The notes under the pieces: model-generated | Told to the model about the DNA's origin: nothing | The model's input: only the letters and a program-made list of their open reading frames with translations | Database searches by the model: none | Translations under genes and position numbers: made by a program | Shown: one piece after another, positions 1 to 8,847 of the stretch | Numbering within the stretch: the stretch's first letter is position 1 | Layout of the letters: each line of letters starts with the position of its first letter | From: Phycisphaerae bacterium | GTDB lineage: Bacteria; Planctomycetota; Phycisphaerae; UBA1845; Fen-1342 | NCBI GenBank assembly: GCA_050115495.1 | Contig: JASFQK010000013.1 | Location: 84,844-148,843 of the forward strand | DNA length: 64,000 nt | Reading direction: 5' to 3'

Positions 1-2
1 AG

Positions 3-209
3 TACTTTCCGTCGGGCATCGCCTGGACGGTCGGCCGCGGGATCGACCCAGACTTCACGTCCGGTCCGGGGAAGGGCGTCGGCCAGGGCAGGGGCGTCGG
101 GCGCGTCTTCTACTTCCGCCCCGGTCACGAGGCCAACCCCACGTTCCACGACCCCAACGTCCGCCGCATTCTCCTCAACGCCGTCCTTTGGGCGGCGGGC
201 CGGGACTGA
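3..209 (+). CDS. thuA: ThuA-like (trehalose utilisation domain) protein, 3' end only; gene begins before the window
   Basis: Frame 3 reads YFPSGIAWTVGRG...GRVFYFRPGHEANPTFHDPNVRRILLNAVLWAAGRD* (TGA 207-209); FYFRPGHE..P..H.P.V.R.L.NAV.WA is the ThuA C-terminal signature. Confidence 0.8.
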   Translation, partial: YFPSGIAWTVGRGIDPDFTSGPGKGVGQGRGVGRVFYFRPGHEANPTFHDPNVRRILLNAVLWAAGRD

Positions 210-353
210 GACGCTGCCGCATCCGCCCTGAGGTAGAATACGTGGAACGTGGCGCCGCGGCTTCGATCGGTGCCCCCGCCCGTCTTCCCTGCACCGCGCG
301 ATTGGTGCGCGCCCCAACCAGGACGAGAATTCGCCAACCATTAGCGTCGTGCT

Positions 354-1073
354 CTACCAGTCTGTCTCGTCTGGTACATCCGCTGACAGATCGGCCAGAT
401 ACTGACGCGCTTGGTCGACGCAGTCTTCGACGCCGCCGAAGAAGTTCCGCAGCGCGCGCATGGTCTTGACGAGCTGCTCCAAGTCGGTGCGCGGGATGGA
501 GTTTTCCTGGGTTCGTCCGCGTTTGTCACGTCGATAGCGAAATGTTTGGGATCTCGGGTCGAACTGATGGAACTCGTTGATCAGCCGTTCCACTTGCTTG
601 TCGGTGTCGTCAGTGGGGTCGGGTGGTTCGCCGAGCGCCGCGACCATCTGCCGCTTCGCCTCGTTCCAGAGCGGCATGAGGCCATGCTCCTTTTGTAGAT
701 CGACCTTGACATGGACGCAGTCCGAGTCGCCTATGATGGAGTGAGCATCCTCGATCAGGAACTTGAGCGACACCTCCAGGTAGTGGCGGTAGCAGTACAG
801 CATAGGGAGATACACACCGCGAAACTCGCGTTCAGGCTGGATCTGCTTGAGGTCCTCCTGCTGGAGCAGGTCGAGGGCGAGATTCTCACCGCCCCGGAAC
901 CAACCATTGCGATAATCCAAGTCCCACAGCAGGTTGCGCACGTGGTCTCGGGACGGGTCTCCCGGGGACTGCCGGCAGGGCGGCGCATCTGCGGGTCTCT
1001 TTCGCCGCGGCTGTTTAGACGCAAAAGGCCTGTGTTTGCGGCTCGGCCAGTCGAAATCGGCGGGGTCCATCAT
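354..1073 (-). CDS. Hypothetical protein, HEPN-like; third gene of the toxin-antitoxin islet
   Basis: ORF 354..1094; likely ATG at 1073 or 1070. Motifs LYCYRHYLEVSLK, EHGLMPLW and FDPRSQTFRY resemble the HEPN E..LK / H.L..L / RY pattern. Confidence 0.6.
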   Translation of the reverse strand: MMDPADFDWPSRKHRPFASKQPRRKRPADAPPCRQSPGDPSRDHVRNLLWDLDYRNGWFRGGENLALDLLQQEDLKQIQPEREFRGVYLPMLYCYRHYLEVSLKFLIEDAHSIIGDSDCVHVKVDLQKEHGLMPLWNEAKRQMVAALGEPPDPTDDTDKQVERLINEFHQFDPRSQTFRYRRDKRGRTQENSIPRTDLEQLVKTMRALRNFFGGVEDCVDQARQYLADLSADVPDETDW

Positions 1074-1090
1074 GTTCCACCTTCGGTCGA

Positions 1091-2101
1091 TCAATCATCG
1101 AGTGATAGGGACAAGCTGGCGGCATGCCGGTAGGAGATGAGGTTTTTCTCGGGAGTGTCTTTCCATGCAGGTTCCCGGTGCGATCGCTCGCTGATGGCCA
1201 CCGAGCCGAGATCGTGGAACGTCTGCGCGACGTGCTCCAGAACAGCCCGTTCGTTCTCTGAGAACTCAACGTGGACATCCCAACTGGCCGGGCCCGCAAG
1301 TACCCTAACGTACTCGTATCCCTCGCTGAATGTGCCTTGTTCCACCTGGATGACGCCCTCGTCCTCGAGCGCCTCTTCGAGTGAGCCGTAGTCGACCGGA
1401 ACGGGACCATAGGCGAGGCGGCGGTACGTCGTGCCAGTGAGTGACCGGCCGGTCTCCTTGTGGCACAGAAAATCCGCGTAGAACAGCAGCTTGTTGAGCT
1501 TCGTGCGCAACACTCCGCCGAGCTTGTGGCAGAACCACAGCACAGCAGCGGCATATCGCTCCTGGTCGAATGCCCTTCCACCGGTCACCTCGCTCGGGCC
1601 CAGGGGCTGAAACCGCGTGGCCGGCCGCAATTGCGCGCGCAGCTGAGACAGGGCGGCCTGTTCGGCTCGCTCTCGCTGCCAGTTGGAAAGCAAGTGCCCG
1701 CGTCGCTCCAGCAATGAGAGAATGGCGTCAGGCTTGTCGGCGAGACGAATCGTGTTGTCCTGAGTTTCTTCCTGCAGTCCGCCTTGTTCGTAGCGGTTGA
1801 TTGTCGCCTCGCTCATCCCAAGCAGGGCAGCGAACGACTTCTGGCTCAACGCATAGCGGTCACGGATCTCACCGATCTCGTGCGGGAAAAGCAGCCCTTT
1901 CTGTCGTCGGTAGGCTGCGTAAGCCTCTCTCAGCAGACGCGCGTCCCGCTGTTCGTCGAACAGCTCTTCGCCACAGGTTGCGCACACCTCAACCTCGATC
2001 GGGAGTTCGACCTTGAGCCCCCGCACGTCGTAGGTATCAGTCTGTCGGCGAGCGACGAACTCGCGTTCGGTTTCGCAGCTCGGGCAGTAGTGCATCGCCA
2101 T
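1091..2101 (-). CDS. mqsA: MqsA-family antitoxin (Zn ribbon + XRE HTH) fused to a C-terminal DUF4065/SocA/Panacea-like domain
   Basis: CPSC...CATCGEE zinc ribbon; IRDRYALSQKSFAALLGMSEATINRYEQG HTH; C-terminal KLNKLLFYADF...YGPVP...ISERSHREPAW typical of DUF4065. Start is ATG 2101 or GTG 2110. Confidence 0.85.
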   Translation of the reverse strand: MAMHYCPSCETEREFVARRQTDTYDVRGLKVELPIEVEVCATCGEELFDEQRDARLLREAYAAYRRQKGLLFPHEIGEIRDRYALSQKSFAALLGMSEATINRYEQGGLQEETQDNTIRLADKPDAILSLLERRGHLLSNWQRERAEQAALSQLRAQLRPATRFQPLGPSEVTGGRAFDQERYAAAVLWFCHKLGGVLRTKLNKLLFYADFLCHKETGRSLTGTTYRRLAYGPVPVDYGSLEEALEDEGVIQVEQGTFSEGYEYVRVLAGPASWDVHVEFSENERAVLEHVAQTFHDLGSVAISERSHREPAWKDTPEKNLISYRHAASLSLSLDD

Positions 2102-2102
2102 A

Positions 2103-2483
2103 TCACTCACCTCTCAGTGGATAGCGGAGCGCACGTTCAGCTCGGTGGAAGGACCATACCACTGCGCGACTAAGCTCCTTGTTCCTCGTGTCCGGCGCGA
2201 GACGCAACTTGATGTAGATTTCCTTGCCATCCAACTCGTAGCCGAAGATCCAGACATCCCTCGACGGATCGTCATGCTCGGGTTCGGGGCCGGACGCGTA
2301 GTTTTCCACGCCCAGCTGAGCGAGGATTTCCTTTGCGCCATCGACCGAGAGCCCCAAATCGACGAGCCCCTGGAGGTTTCTCTGCCGGTTCTTGAAATGA
2401 AACCAGCCGAATCCCATAGCCGTCTTGAACGACGTCAAGAACTCGACGACTTCCTGGCGCTTCCCATGGGCGCAACCCGTCAC
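2103..2483 (-). CDS. mqsR: MqsR/RelE-superfamily toxin (mRNA interferase)
   Basis: 126 aa with NYASGPEPEHD...VWIFG...EIYIKL...SFH motifs; directly upstream of the MqsA-like gene; RBS GGAAGGAG at 2491-2498. Confidence 0.8.
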   Translation of the reverse strand: MTGCAHGKRQEVVEFLTSFKTAMGFGWFHFKNRQRNLQGLVDLGLSVDGAKEILAQLGVENYASGPEPEHDDPSRDVWIFGYELDGKEIYIKLRLAPDTRNKELSRAVVWSFHRAERALRYPLRGE

Positions 2484-2507
2484 TGGCTGGCTCCTTCCAG
2501 TCAGTAA

Positions 2508-2536
2508 ATACTATCATATGAAAGTGTTTTCGTCAA
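2508..2536 (-). promoter_or_regulatory. Sigma70-type promoter of the toxin-antitoxin operon
   Basis: Minus strand reads TTGACG-N17-TAGTAT with TG at the extended -10 position, in an AT-rich patch; short palindromes TCATATGA and AGTA-AA-TACT overlap it. Confidence 0.65.
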
Positions 2537-2786
2537 GCCTTGCTCCCAGGCTCGCGCCAAGTGCTGATTATAGGACACTAACACGTCGTAATTAGGACCC
2601 TGGGCACCGCCTCTACCCACGGAGGTCGGGAGCGGGGACCATGCGAGCCGGCGGCATACCTGTTCGCGATTCGTGTCGTCAATGCACTCCGCGATGATCC
2701 GGAGCAAAGGGGCAACGATGTGGCCCCGGCTGCCGCCATCGTCGTTTGGTGGGGGCACGTTTGCCATGCCGAAGTCACGGATGAAA

Positions 2787-2959
2787 CCGCCGCCCGAGGT
2801 GGTTGCGCTGCAATCGTACTTCTCCGCCGGCGGCGAGTACTTTCCGCCGGGCGTGTCTTCTACTTCCGCCCCGGCCACGAGGCCAACCCTACGTTCCACG
2901 ATCCCAACGTCCGCCGCATTCTCTTCAATGCCGTCCTTTGGGCGGCGGATCGGGACTAA
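2787..2959 (+). pseudogene. Degenerate second copy of the thuA 3' end, with an internal frameshifting deletion
   Basis: PPPEVVALQSYFSAGGEYFP, then a frame change to GRVFYFRPGHEANPTFHDPNVRRILFNAVLWAADRD*. DNA is near-identical to 1-209, and similarity continues to ~3017 (vs ~265). Confidence 0.75.
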
Positions 2960-3060
2960 GCGGCGCTGCCGAACCGGCTCTGCGGTAGAATGCGTGGAAC
3001 GTGGCGCCGCGGCTTCGCCCGGCGTCGATGTCACATCGTCACCGGGATGAGGTACGCACC

Positions 3061-4503
3061 ATGCTCCGCCGCGACCTTCTCGCCCTCGCTCGTCTCGTTG
3101 CGGTTCTGACGATGGCTTGTCTGCTGGCCTGCCGGCCGGCGCCGCCTACGAACGGTGCCGAGCAAGCCGCCGAAGTGCCGGCGGACACAACCGCCAACGA
3201 CACGGCCGGCGGCGACGAGGAAAGCCACAACGCCGTCACCGAGGTCACGCCCGGTCCGGACGTCGGCGGCACGCCGGGCGAACGCCTCCAGCCCACCGAC
3301 CTTACGTACGAAGGCGCGTTCCGCCTGCCCGAGGACTTCAACTGGGGCGCCCGCGGGCTGTGCTTCTATCCCAACGGCGCCGGCGGCAACGGCTCGCTGC
3401 TCGTCACCGGCTTCGAGTTGCTGTTCGATCCCGCGCACCCGGGCGAGTCCTGCTACGACCCGAACTGGGACTGCGGCGCCTACTGCGGCGAGGTGGCGAT
3501 TCCCGCTCCGGCCCGGGCGGCCGACTGGCATGACCTGCCCGAAGCGACACTCCTGCGACCGCTCACGCAGTTCGACGGCGATCTCGCCGCCACCGTGCAC
3601 CGCGAGTACGTCCACGTCGAAGACCTCGCCTACGTCCCGCGCCGCGGCTCGCAGACGCAGGACAAGCTGTACGGTTCGCTCGTCGTCTGGTACGCCGAAG
3701 GCGCGTTTGGCGAAGACACATTCCCCACCGTGTGGCTGGCGAACCTCGACGGCACCGGCGCCCACGGCATGTTCCACATCGGCCCGCACGAGACGCCATT
3801 CCACGGCCGCAAGATGGGCGCGTACCTCTTCACGGTGCCCACGTGGTACGCGGACCAGTATCTCGGCGGGCGCACGCTCGTTACCGGACGTTGCCGCGGC
3901 ACGCCAGCCGACGGCACCGAACCCGTGACGACTCGCGGCGGCTCGCAGGGGCCGACCTTGTTCGTGTTTCGCGCCTGCGACACCGACGATCCCACGGGCG
4001 ACCTCGACGCGCTGCCCATGCTCTACTACCGCGTCAGCTTCCCCGGCTGTGCGGGTCCGAACGTCGGCGATCCGGCGAACTGCGACTACCCCGACTTCAC
4101 CATGTGTGACGAATGGACCGGCGGGGCGTTCGTCGAGGGCACCGGTCGGCGGGCTATCCTGCTGCTCGGCCACAAGGGCCTGGGCAACAACTGCTACGAC
4201 GAGCCGCCCGTTAACTGCCACGATCCTTGCAGCGATGACCACGGCTACCACTGCCAGCCGTACGAGCGACAGGTCATCTTCTACGACGTGGATGCCCTCG
4301 GACAAACCGCCCTCGGCCAACACAACCCGTGGACCGTGCTACCTTACACGATCTGGCGGCCGACAGAGTTCTATCTCGGCCCGACGACCTGCTGGAACGC
4401 CGGCGGCATGGCCTTCGACCGCGAGAACCGGCGGCTGTTCATGGTGGAGCGTGGCCTGGACGATGACACCAACGCTGCCGTCGTGCACGTCTGGTCGCTG
4501 TAG
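3061..4503 (+). CDS. Hypothetical Cys-rich lipoprotein
   Basis: 480-aa ORF with genome-like codon usage, signal peptide with lipobox-like LLAC and an acidic linker. Confidence 0.75.
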   Translation: MLRRDLLALARLVAVLTMACLLACRPAPPTNGAEQAAEVPADTTANDTAGGDEESHNAVTEVTPGPDVGGTPGERLQPTDLTYEGAFRLPEDFNWGARGLCFYPNGAGGNGSLLVTGFELLFDPAHPGESCYDPNWDCGAYCGEVAIPAPARAADWHDLPEATLLRPLTQFDGDLAATVHREYVHVEDLAYVPRRGSQTQDKLYGSLVVWYAEGAFGEDTFPTVWLANLDGTGAHGMFHIGPHETPFHGRKMGAYLFTVPTWYADQYLGGRTLVTGRCRGTPADGTEPVTTRGGSQGPTLFVFRACDTDDPTGDLDALPMLYYRVSFPGCAGPNVGDPANCDYPDFTMCDEWTGGAFVEGTGRRAILLLGHKGLGNNCYDEPPVNCHDPCSDDHGYHCQPYERQVIFYDVDALGQTALGQHNPWTVLPYTIWRPTEFYLGPTTCWNAGGMAFDRENRRLFMVERGLDDDTNAAVVHVWSL

Positions 4504-4539
4504 GCACCCGCGCCCCATCGCCGGGCAAGGAGACACGTG

Positions 4540-5439
4540 ATGAAGGATCATCCGCACCGCAACCGCCTGTTCAGCGTGCTCGCGATCCACGTGGCGTTCA
4601 TTTGTGTGGTGGGGATCATGCTGCTGGGCGGTTGTCCGCTATCGCTCTTCACGGGTTCGACCGGTACCACTGACGACCAGCCCGGCCCGAGCAGCAGTGC
4701 GGACGCCGACACCGACACGAACCCGGCCAGCGGAGGCTCGGGGAACATTGTCGCCGACCACCAGGCGGCGGCAGACTTCGACGACGTGCCGACGGCGTAC
4801 TTCGCCACGGCCAAGTCGCAATTCCGCATCTTCTACGGCCACACGTCGCACGGCAGCCAGGTGGTGACCGGGATGAACATGTTGGACACGGGCGCGGGCA
4901 CGCTCAGCGTCGAAGAGGAAAGCGGCGACCTGGGGTACGCCGGCGATCTCGACTGGGTGGACGTCACGCGCGACGCGCTGGACCAGCCCGGCAGCGACAT
5001 CAACATGGTCATGTGGTCCTGGTGCGGCGGCGTCAGCAGCAACACCACGCAGGGCATCGACACCTACCTGGACGCCATGAACGAGCTCGAAGGCGATTAC
5101 CCCAATGTGGTGTTTGTCTACATGACCGGGCACCTCGACGGCACCGGTCCGAACGGCAACCTCTACACCCGCAACAACCAGATCCGCGCCTACTGCGCCG
5201 CCCACAACAAGGTCCTCTTCGACTTCGCGGACATCGAGAGCTACGACCCTGACGGCAGCTACTACCCCGACGGCACCGACTGGTGCGAATGGTGCGAGAC
5301 CTGGTGTGACACGCACGACTGCCCGGACCTGAATTGCACCGACGACAGCGGCTGCGCCCACTCGGTGTGCTTCAACTGCTACCAGAAAGGCCGCGCCTTC
5401 TGGTGGATGATGGCCCGCCTGGCTGGTTGGGACGGTTGA
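4540..5439 (+). CDS. Hypothetical lipoprotein
   Basis: RBS AAGGAG upstream; lipobox-like LLGGC; Ser/Asp linker; YGHTSHGSQ and MWSWCGG motifs; Cys-rich C-terminus. Confidence 0.8.
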   Translation: MKDHPHRNRLFSVLAIHVAFICVVGIMLLGGCPLSLFTGSTGTTDDQPGPSSSADADTDTNPASGGSGNIVADHQAAADFDDVPTAYFATAKSQFRIFYGHTSHGSQVVTGMNMLDTGAGTLSVEEESGDLGYAGDLDWVDVTRDALDQPGSDINMVMWSWCGGVSSNTTQGIDTYLDAMNELEGDYPNVVFVYMTGHLDGTGPNGNLYTRNNQIRAYCAAHNKVLFDFADIESYDPDGSYYPDGTDWCEWCETWCDTHDCPDLNCTDDSGCAHSVCFNCYQKGRAFWWMMARLAGWDG

Positions 5440-5487
5440 GCGACTCGCGCCTGCCAAACACGGACGCGGCTCTTCACGGGTGGCTCA

Positions 5488-5526
5488 GAAAGGAAAAACC
5501 CCGCTCCGAGACCGGAAGCGGGGTTC
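5488..5526 (-). terminator. Intrinsic terminator downstream of tRNA-Ser
   Basis: Minus-strand hairpin AACCCCGCT...AGCGGGGTT followed by TTTCCTTTCT. Confidence 0.7.
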
Positions 5527-5528
5527 GA

Positions 5529-5615
5529 CGGAGAGGGCGGGATTCGAACCCGCGGTACGGTTGCCCGTACACCGGTTTTCGAAACCGGCCCGATCGGCCA
5601 CTCCGGCACCTCTCC
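5529..5615 (-). tRNA. tRNA-Ser(CGA)
   Basis: GGAGAGGTGCCGGAGTGGCCGATCGGGCCGGTTTCGAAAACCGG...GCGGGTTCGAATCCCGCCCTCTCCG: 7-bp acceptor stem, anticodon loop TTCGAAA, long variable arm, G discriminator; CCA not encoded. Confidence 0.95.
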
Positions 5616-5787
5616 AGGCCTGCGTCGCCCGCCGCGACGGCCATCGCCGGCTGGACCGGGGGATAGGCCGCGCGACCGACGCGCGAACGGGCATTGTAAC
5701 CGCCGAATCCCCCCCGGCCAAGCGGACGCAAGAACAGCCTTAAGCCCTGAGCCTTGAACCAGAAGCTATCGGCCGTTTCCCCGCTCC

Positions 5788-5831
5788 GGCTGATGGCTGA
5801 CGGCTGACGGCTGACGGCTGATGGCTAACGG
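5788..5831. repeat. Heptamer tandem repeat (GGCTGAY)n
   Basis: ggctgat ggctgac ggctgac ggctgac ggctgat ggctaac, immediately after the selB stop. Confidence 0.85.
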
Positions 5832-5834
5832 CCG

Positions 5835-7766
5835 CTACTGCGCATTCGGCCCGAGTTCGCGGACGTCGCCGACTCGGCGAGTGATGCCCATCTTGTCCAT
5901 GTGCTCGATGATCGGCACCATGAACTTCCGCGAAGAGTCGGCCAGCGTCCGCAGATCGCCCAAGCCCAACGGACCTCGCTTGCGGATCGTCGACGTCACC
6001 AGGTCGATGAGTTCGTTCCACCGGCGTTCGTGCAGCCAGTACTCGCTCGATATCCGCTCCAGCCGCCCCTGCGTCGCCGCCAGGTCGATGAGCTGCCGCA
6101 GCCGCTTCTCGTTGCCCGGGCGGTAGCACGAGAGCTCGGTCAGCACCGGCGGCTGGTACGCGGCGGCGTCGATCTGTTGCAGGATGCTGTCGAACAGGGC
6201 CTGGTCGCCGGGCGACATCTTCTGTCGCTCGCCCGCCGGCCGCACGTGCTCCAGATCCAGGATGAACGGGCCGGACTTGAGGAAGTGCTCGGCCAGGACC
6301 GGCCGCAGGCGCGGCGGGCACGCGCTGGGCATCCAGGCCGGCCACTGCGGCCGCGGCAGCCCGGGCAGACGCGGATTGTCCTGCATGTACGCCTTGAGCC
6401 GGACGAGCAGGTTGTCGGTGAGCGCCTCCAGCCACGCGTTGTGCACGTGCACGCGCAGCGACGCCGCCTCGAACAGGCGGATCTTGCCGCCGCCCATCAG
6501 CCGTTGGCACAGCTCCGCCGCCTCGGCCTCATCACGCAGCCCGGCCAGCATGGCCAGTTGCTGATAGTCGAGCGGCTGCCACTCGGCGTTGCGGATGACC
6601 TCTTCGAGCCGGGCCGGTGGTTGGCCGTCCAGCAGGGCTTCGAGCCCCTCGCGGTAGGCCGGTCGGCGAGCCGTCCACAAACGCGTCACCGGCCGCACGA
6701 CGGCCCCGCCGCCGAGCGTCCGCCGGCCGCTCTCGTCGCGAAGGATGAAGCGCTCGTTCCAGACGGCGACGATCGGCTCGGCGGTCTTGAGCTGGCCGAA
6801 GACGCCGCGGATGTCCTGGTCGTCGGGCTTGTCCAGCAGGCGCAGCTCGGTGAGCACCTCACTGGTGGCCATGTGCAGGCGGAGGCGCAGCGTCTGCCGG
6901 CGAGTCTTGCCGGGCATGCGCAGCCACGCGAGCCAGACGTCGAGATAGCGGGTGGCTTGCAGGTAGCCGGGCGTGGACAACGTGCAACCGCGGCCGGCGC
7001 CGGCCTGCTCGATGCCGGCGAGATTGACCGCCAGGCGGACCCGGCCGAAGGTCGCCTCGCGTGAGTCGTTGTGCACCTGGAGGTCGCGGACGCGGACGCG
7101 CTGTCCGCCCGGCCACAGCACGCACTCGTCCTCGCGGGCGACCGACCCGTGGGCGACCGTGCCCGTGGCCACCGTCCCGCGCCCGGAGACCGTAAACGAG
7201 CGGTCGATCGGCATGCGGAACCACGTCTGCGGGGCTCGCCGGCGGCTGCGCTCGGTGGCCAGGCCGGCGAGCAGGTGGCCGAGCTCTTCGACGCCGCGGC
7301 CGTCTTCGGCCGACGTCCGCGCCCAGCCCACGGCTTCCAGCCCCAGGTCGGCGAGCAGCCCGCGGACCTCTTCTTCAACCTGGTCCGCCCACTCCTCGTC
7401 GACAAGGTCCATCTTGGTCAAAGCCACGACGCACTGCTTCACGCCGAGCAGGGCGAGCACTTCGGCGTGCTCACGTGTCTGGGGCATGACGGAGTCGTCG
7501 GCGGCGACGACCAGCAGGGCCAGGTCGATACCGCTCGCGCCGGCGAGCATGTTGCGGATGAAGCGTTCGTGGCCGGGCACGTCGACGAACGAGATGTCGC
7601 AGCCGTCGATCCGGGCGTGGGCGAAGCCGAGGTCGATGGTCATGCCCCGGGCCTTCTCTTCGGGCAGGCGGTCCGGGTCAGACCCGGTCAGGGCCAGCAC
7701 GAGCCGGCTCTTGCCATGATCGATGTGCCCGGCGGTCCCGACGACGAGATTGGCGGTCGCATCCAT
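5835..7766 (-). CDS. selB: Selenocysteine-specific translation elongation factor SelB
   Basis: VVGTAGHIDHGKS, RGMTIDLGF, DVPGHERF, TKMD G-domain motifs; C-terminal winged-helix motif SRKFMVPIIEHMD...TRRVGDVR. Confidence 0.95.
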   Translation of the reverse strand: MDATANLVVGTAGHIDHGKSRLVLALTGSDPDRLPEEKARGMTIDLGFAHARIDGCDISFVDVPGHERFIRNMLAGASGIDLALLVVAADDSVMPQTREHAEVLALLGVKQCVVALTKMDLVDEEWADQVEEEVRGLLADLGLEAVGWARTSAEDGRGVEELGHLLAGLATERSRRRAPQTWFRMPIDRSFTVSGRGTVATGTVAHGSVAREDECVLWPGGQRVRVRDLQVHNDSREATFGRVRLAVNLAGIEQAGAGRGCTLSTPGYLQATRYLDVWLAWLRMPGKTRRQTLRLRLHMATSEVLTELRLLDKPDDQDIRGVFGQLKTAEPIVAVWNERFILRDESGRRTLGGGAVVRPVTRLWTARRPAYREGLEALLDGQPPARLEEVIRNAEWQPLDYQQLAMLAGLRDEAEAAELCQRLMGGGKIRLFEAASLRVHVHNAWLEALTDNLLVRLKAYMQDNPRLPGLPRPQWPAWMPSACPPRLRPVLAEHFLKSGPFILDLEHVRPAGERQKMSPGDQALFDSILQQIDAAAYQPPVLTELSCYRPGNEKRLRQLIDLAATQGRLERISSEYWLHERRWNELIDLVTSTIRKRGPLGLGDLRTLADSSRKFMVPIIEHMDKMGITRRVGDVRELGPNAQ

Positions 7767-7797
7767 GGCCGGCATTGTACCGGCCGAGCCGCTGATT

Positions 7798-8150
7798 GTG
7801 GCACCGGATTGCATCCGGTGCGTCGCCACCCGCTGATTCGCGAACCGCCCGTAGCGTCGGCCCCCGTGGCCGACGTCGATCTTCGACAAACGCGGGACTC
7901 GCAACGTAGCGGCCGGTCTCCGTGCCGGCCGCCGATTGCCAACAAGCGTTCGTCCCCGCTTTGTACCGGCAGGGAGGCGGTTTCTCCAGCAGTCCGCCGT
8001 ATCCGCGATTCACCGGTCGCTTCCGCTCGCGGCTCGGACTGACGTCACTCGCGTTCGCGCGCAGCGTGGCATGCCGAAGCGCAGCGCCGGCATGTCTGCT
8101 CGTCGTGTCGGGGACAATCCGCCCGCGCTTACCGCTTGGGCATGTCGCAC
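7798..8150 (+). repeat. Mosaic REP-like palindrome array A
   Basis: GTGGCACCGGATTGCATCCGGTGC, GTAGCGTCGGCCCCCGTGGCCGACG, GTAGCGGCCGGTCTCCGTGCCGGCCG, CCGGTCGCTTCCGCTCGCGGCTCGG and GTGGCATGCC... modules, which recur in arrays B-D. Confidence 0.8.
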
Positions 8151-8156
8151 ACCGCT

Positions 8157-8699
8157 CTACTCTCCACTCTCTCCTGTTCTCCTCTCTCGCGCAGCGTTGA
8201 TGGCTTCCGCCAGCCGTTCCGGCGTCGGCGAACCGATGAGCAGGGGGCGTTTGTCGGCGAGCTTCAGTTGCACGCCGCGGTTGCCGCGCAGGGTGTACGC
8301 CCATCCGCGGCCGTCGAGGGCGAAACGGATGCCCCAGCCGCCGTATTCGCCCAGTGGTTTGTACGTGCGTGCCTGGCAGTCGACGATGCTGTCGAGCGGC
8401 ACCGTCCGCCCCCAGATCGGGAACAGGCGCACCCGGACGGCGTCGTCGCGCACCTCGACGCTCAGCGTGGCCGACACCAGGAACGCCGGCAGGAGCAGCC
8501 CGAATAGCACCCAGAGGAAGACGACCAGCGTCGTCCCGCACCCGGGCGCGTCGCCGACCGGCGATCGTTCCAGGACGATTTGGCTGACGAACAGCCACCA
8601 GCCGAACACCGCCAGCGGCAGCCCCACGACCCAGAACCCCGGATGCGGCCGCCGGTGGCGTTCTTCGTAGATAGTCGGGGACTGAATCGCGGAGATCAT
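8157..8699 (-). CDS. Two-TM membrane protein with a PH-like domain (DUF6141-like)
   Basis: MISAIQS... start with RBS GGAAGG; two hydrophobic helices; YKPLGEYGGWGIR...GNRGVQL...LLIGSPTPERL motif. Confidence 0.75.
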   Translation of the reverse strand: MISAIQSPTIYEERHRRPHPGFWVVGLPLAVFGWWLFVSQIVLERSPVGDAPGCGTTLVVFLWVLFGLLLPAFLVSATLSVEVRDDAVRVRLFPIWGRTVPLDSIVDCQARTYKPLGEYGGWGIRFALDGRGWAYTLRGNRGVQLKLADKRPLLIGSPTPERLAEAINAARERRTGESGE

Positions 8700-8847
8700 G
8701 GGAGCCTTCCTTCCAGTGCGCACAGCACCGCACACGCACCGCATACGTATACGCGGCGCACCCGTGATAATTGCGGCGGCGGTTTGGAACGGCGGCGTCT
8801 GAGCCGGAATCCCGGTCGGCACGCGCGTAGTGTTGGCACCCCAAATG

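Noticed and set aside
266..5529. Island integrated at the tRNA-Ser 3' end
   Set aside because: I found no duplicated tRNA 3' end and no integrase in the window.
5529..5615. tRNA next to selB as tRNA-Sec (selC)
   Set aside because: The anticodon is CGA, not TCA, and the acceptor stem is 7 bp; it is an ordinary tRNA-Ser.
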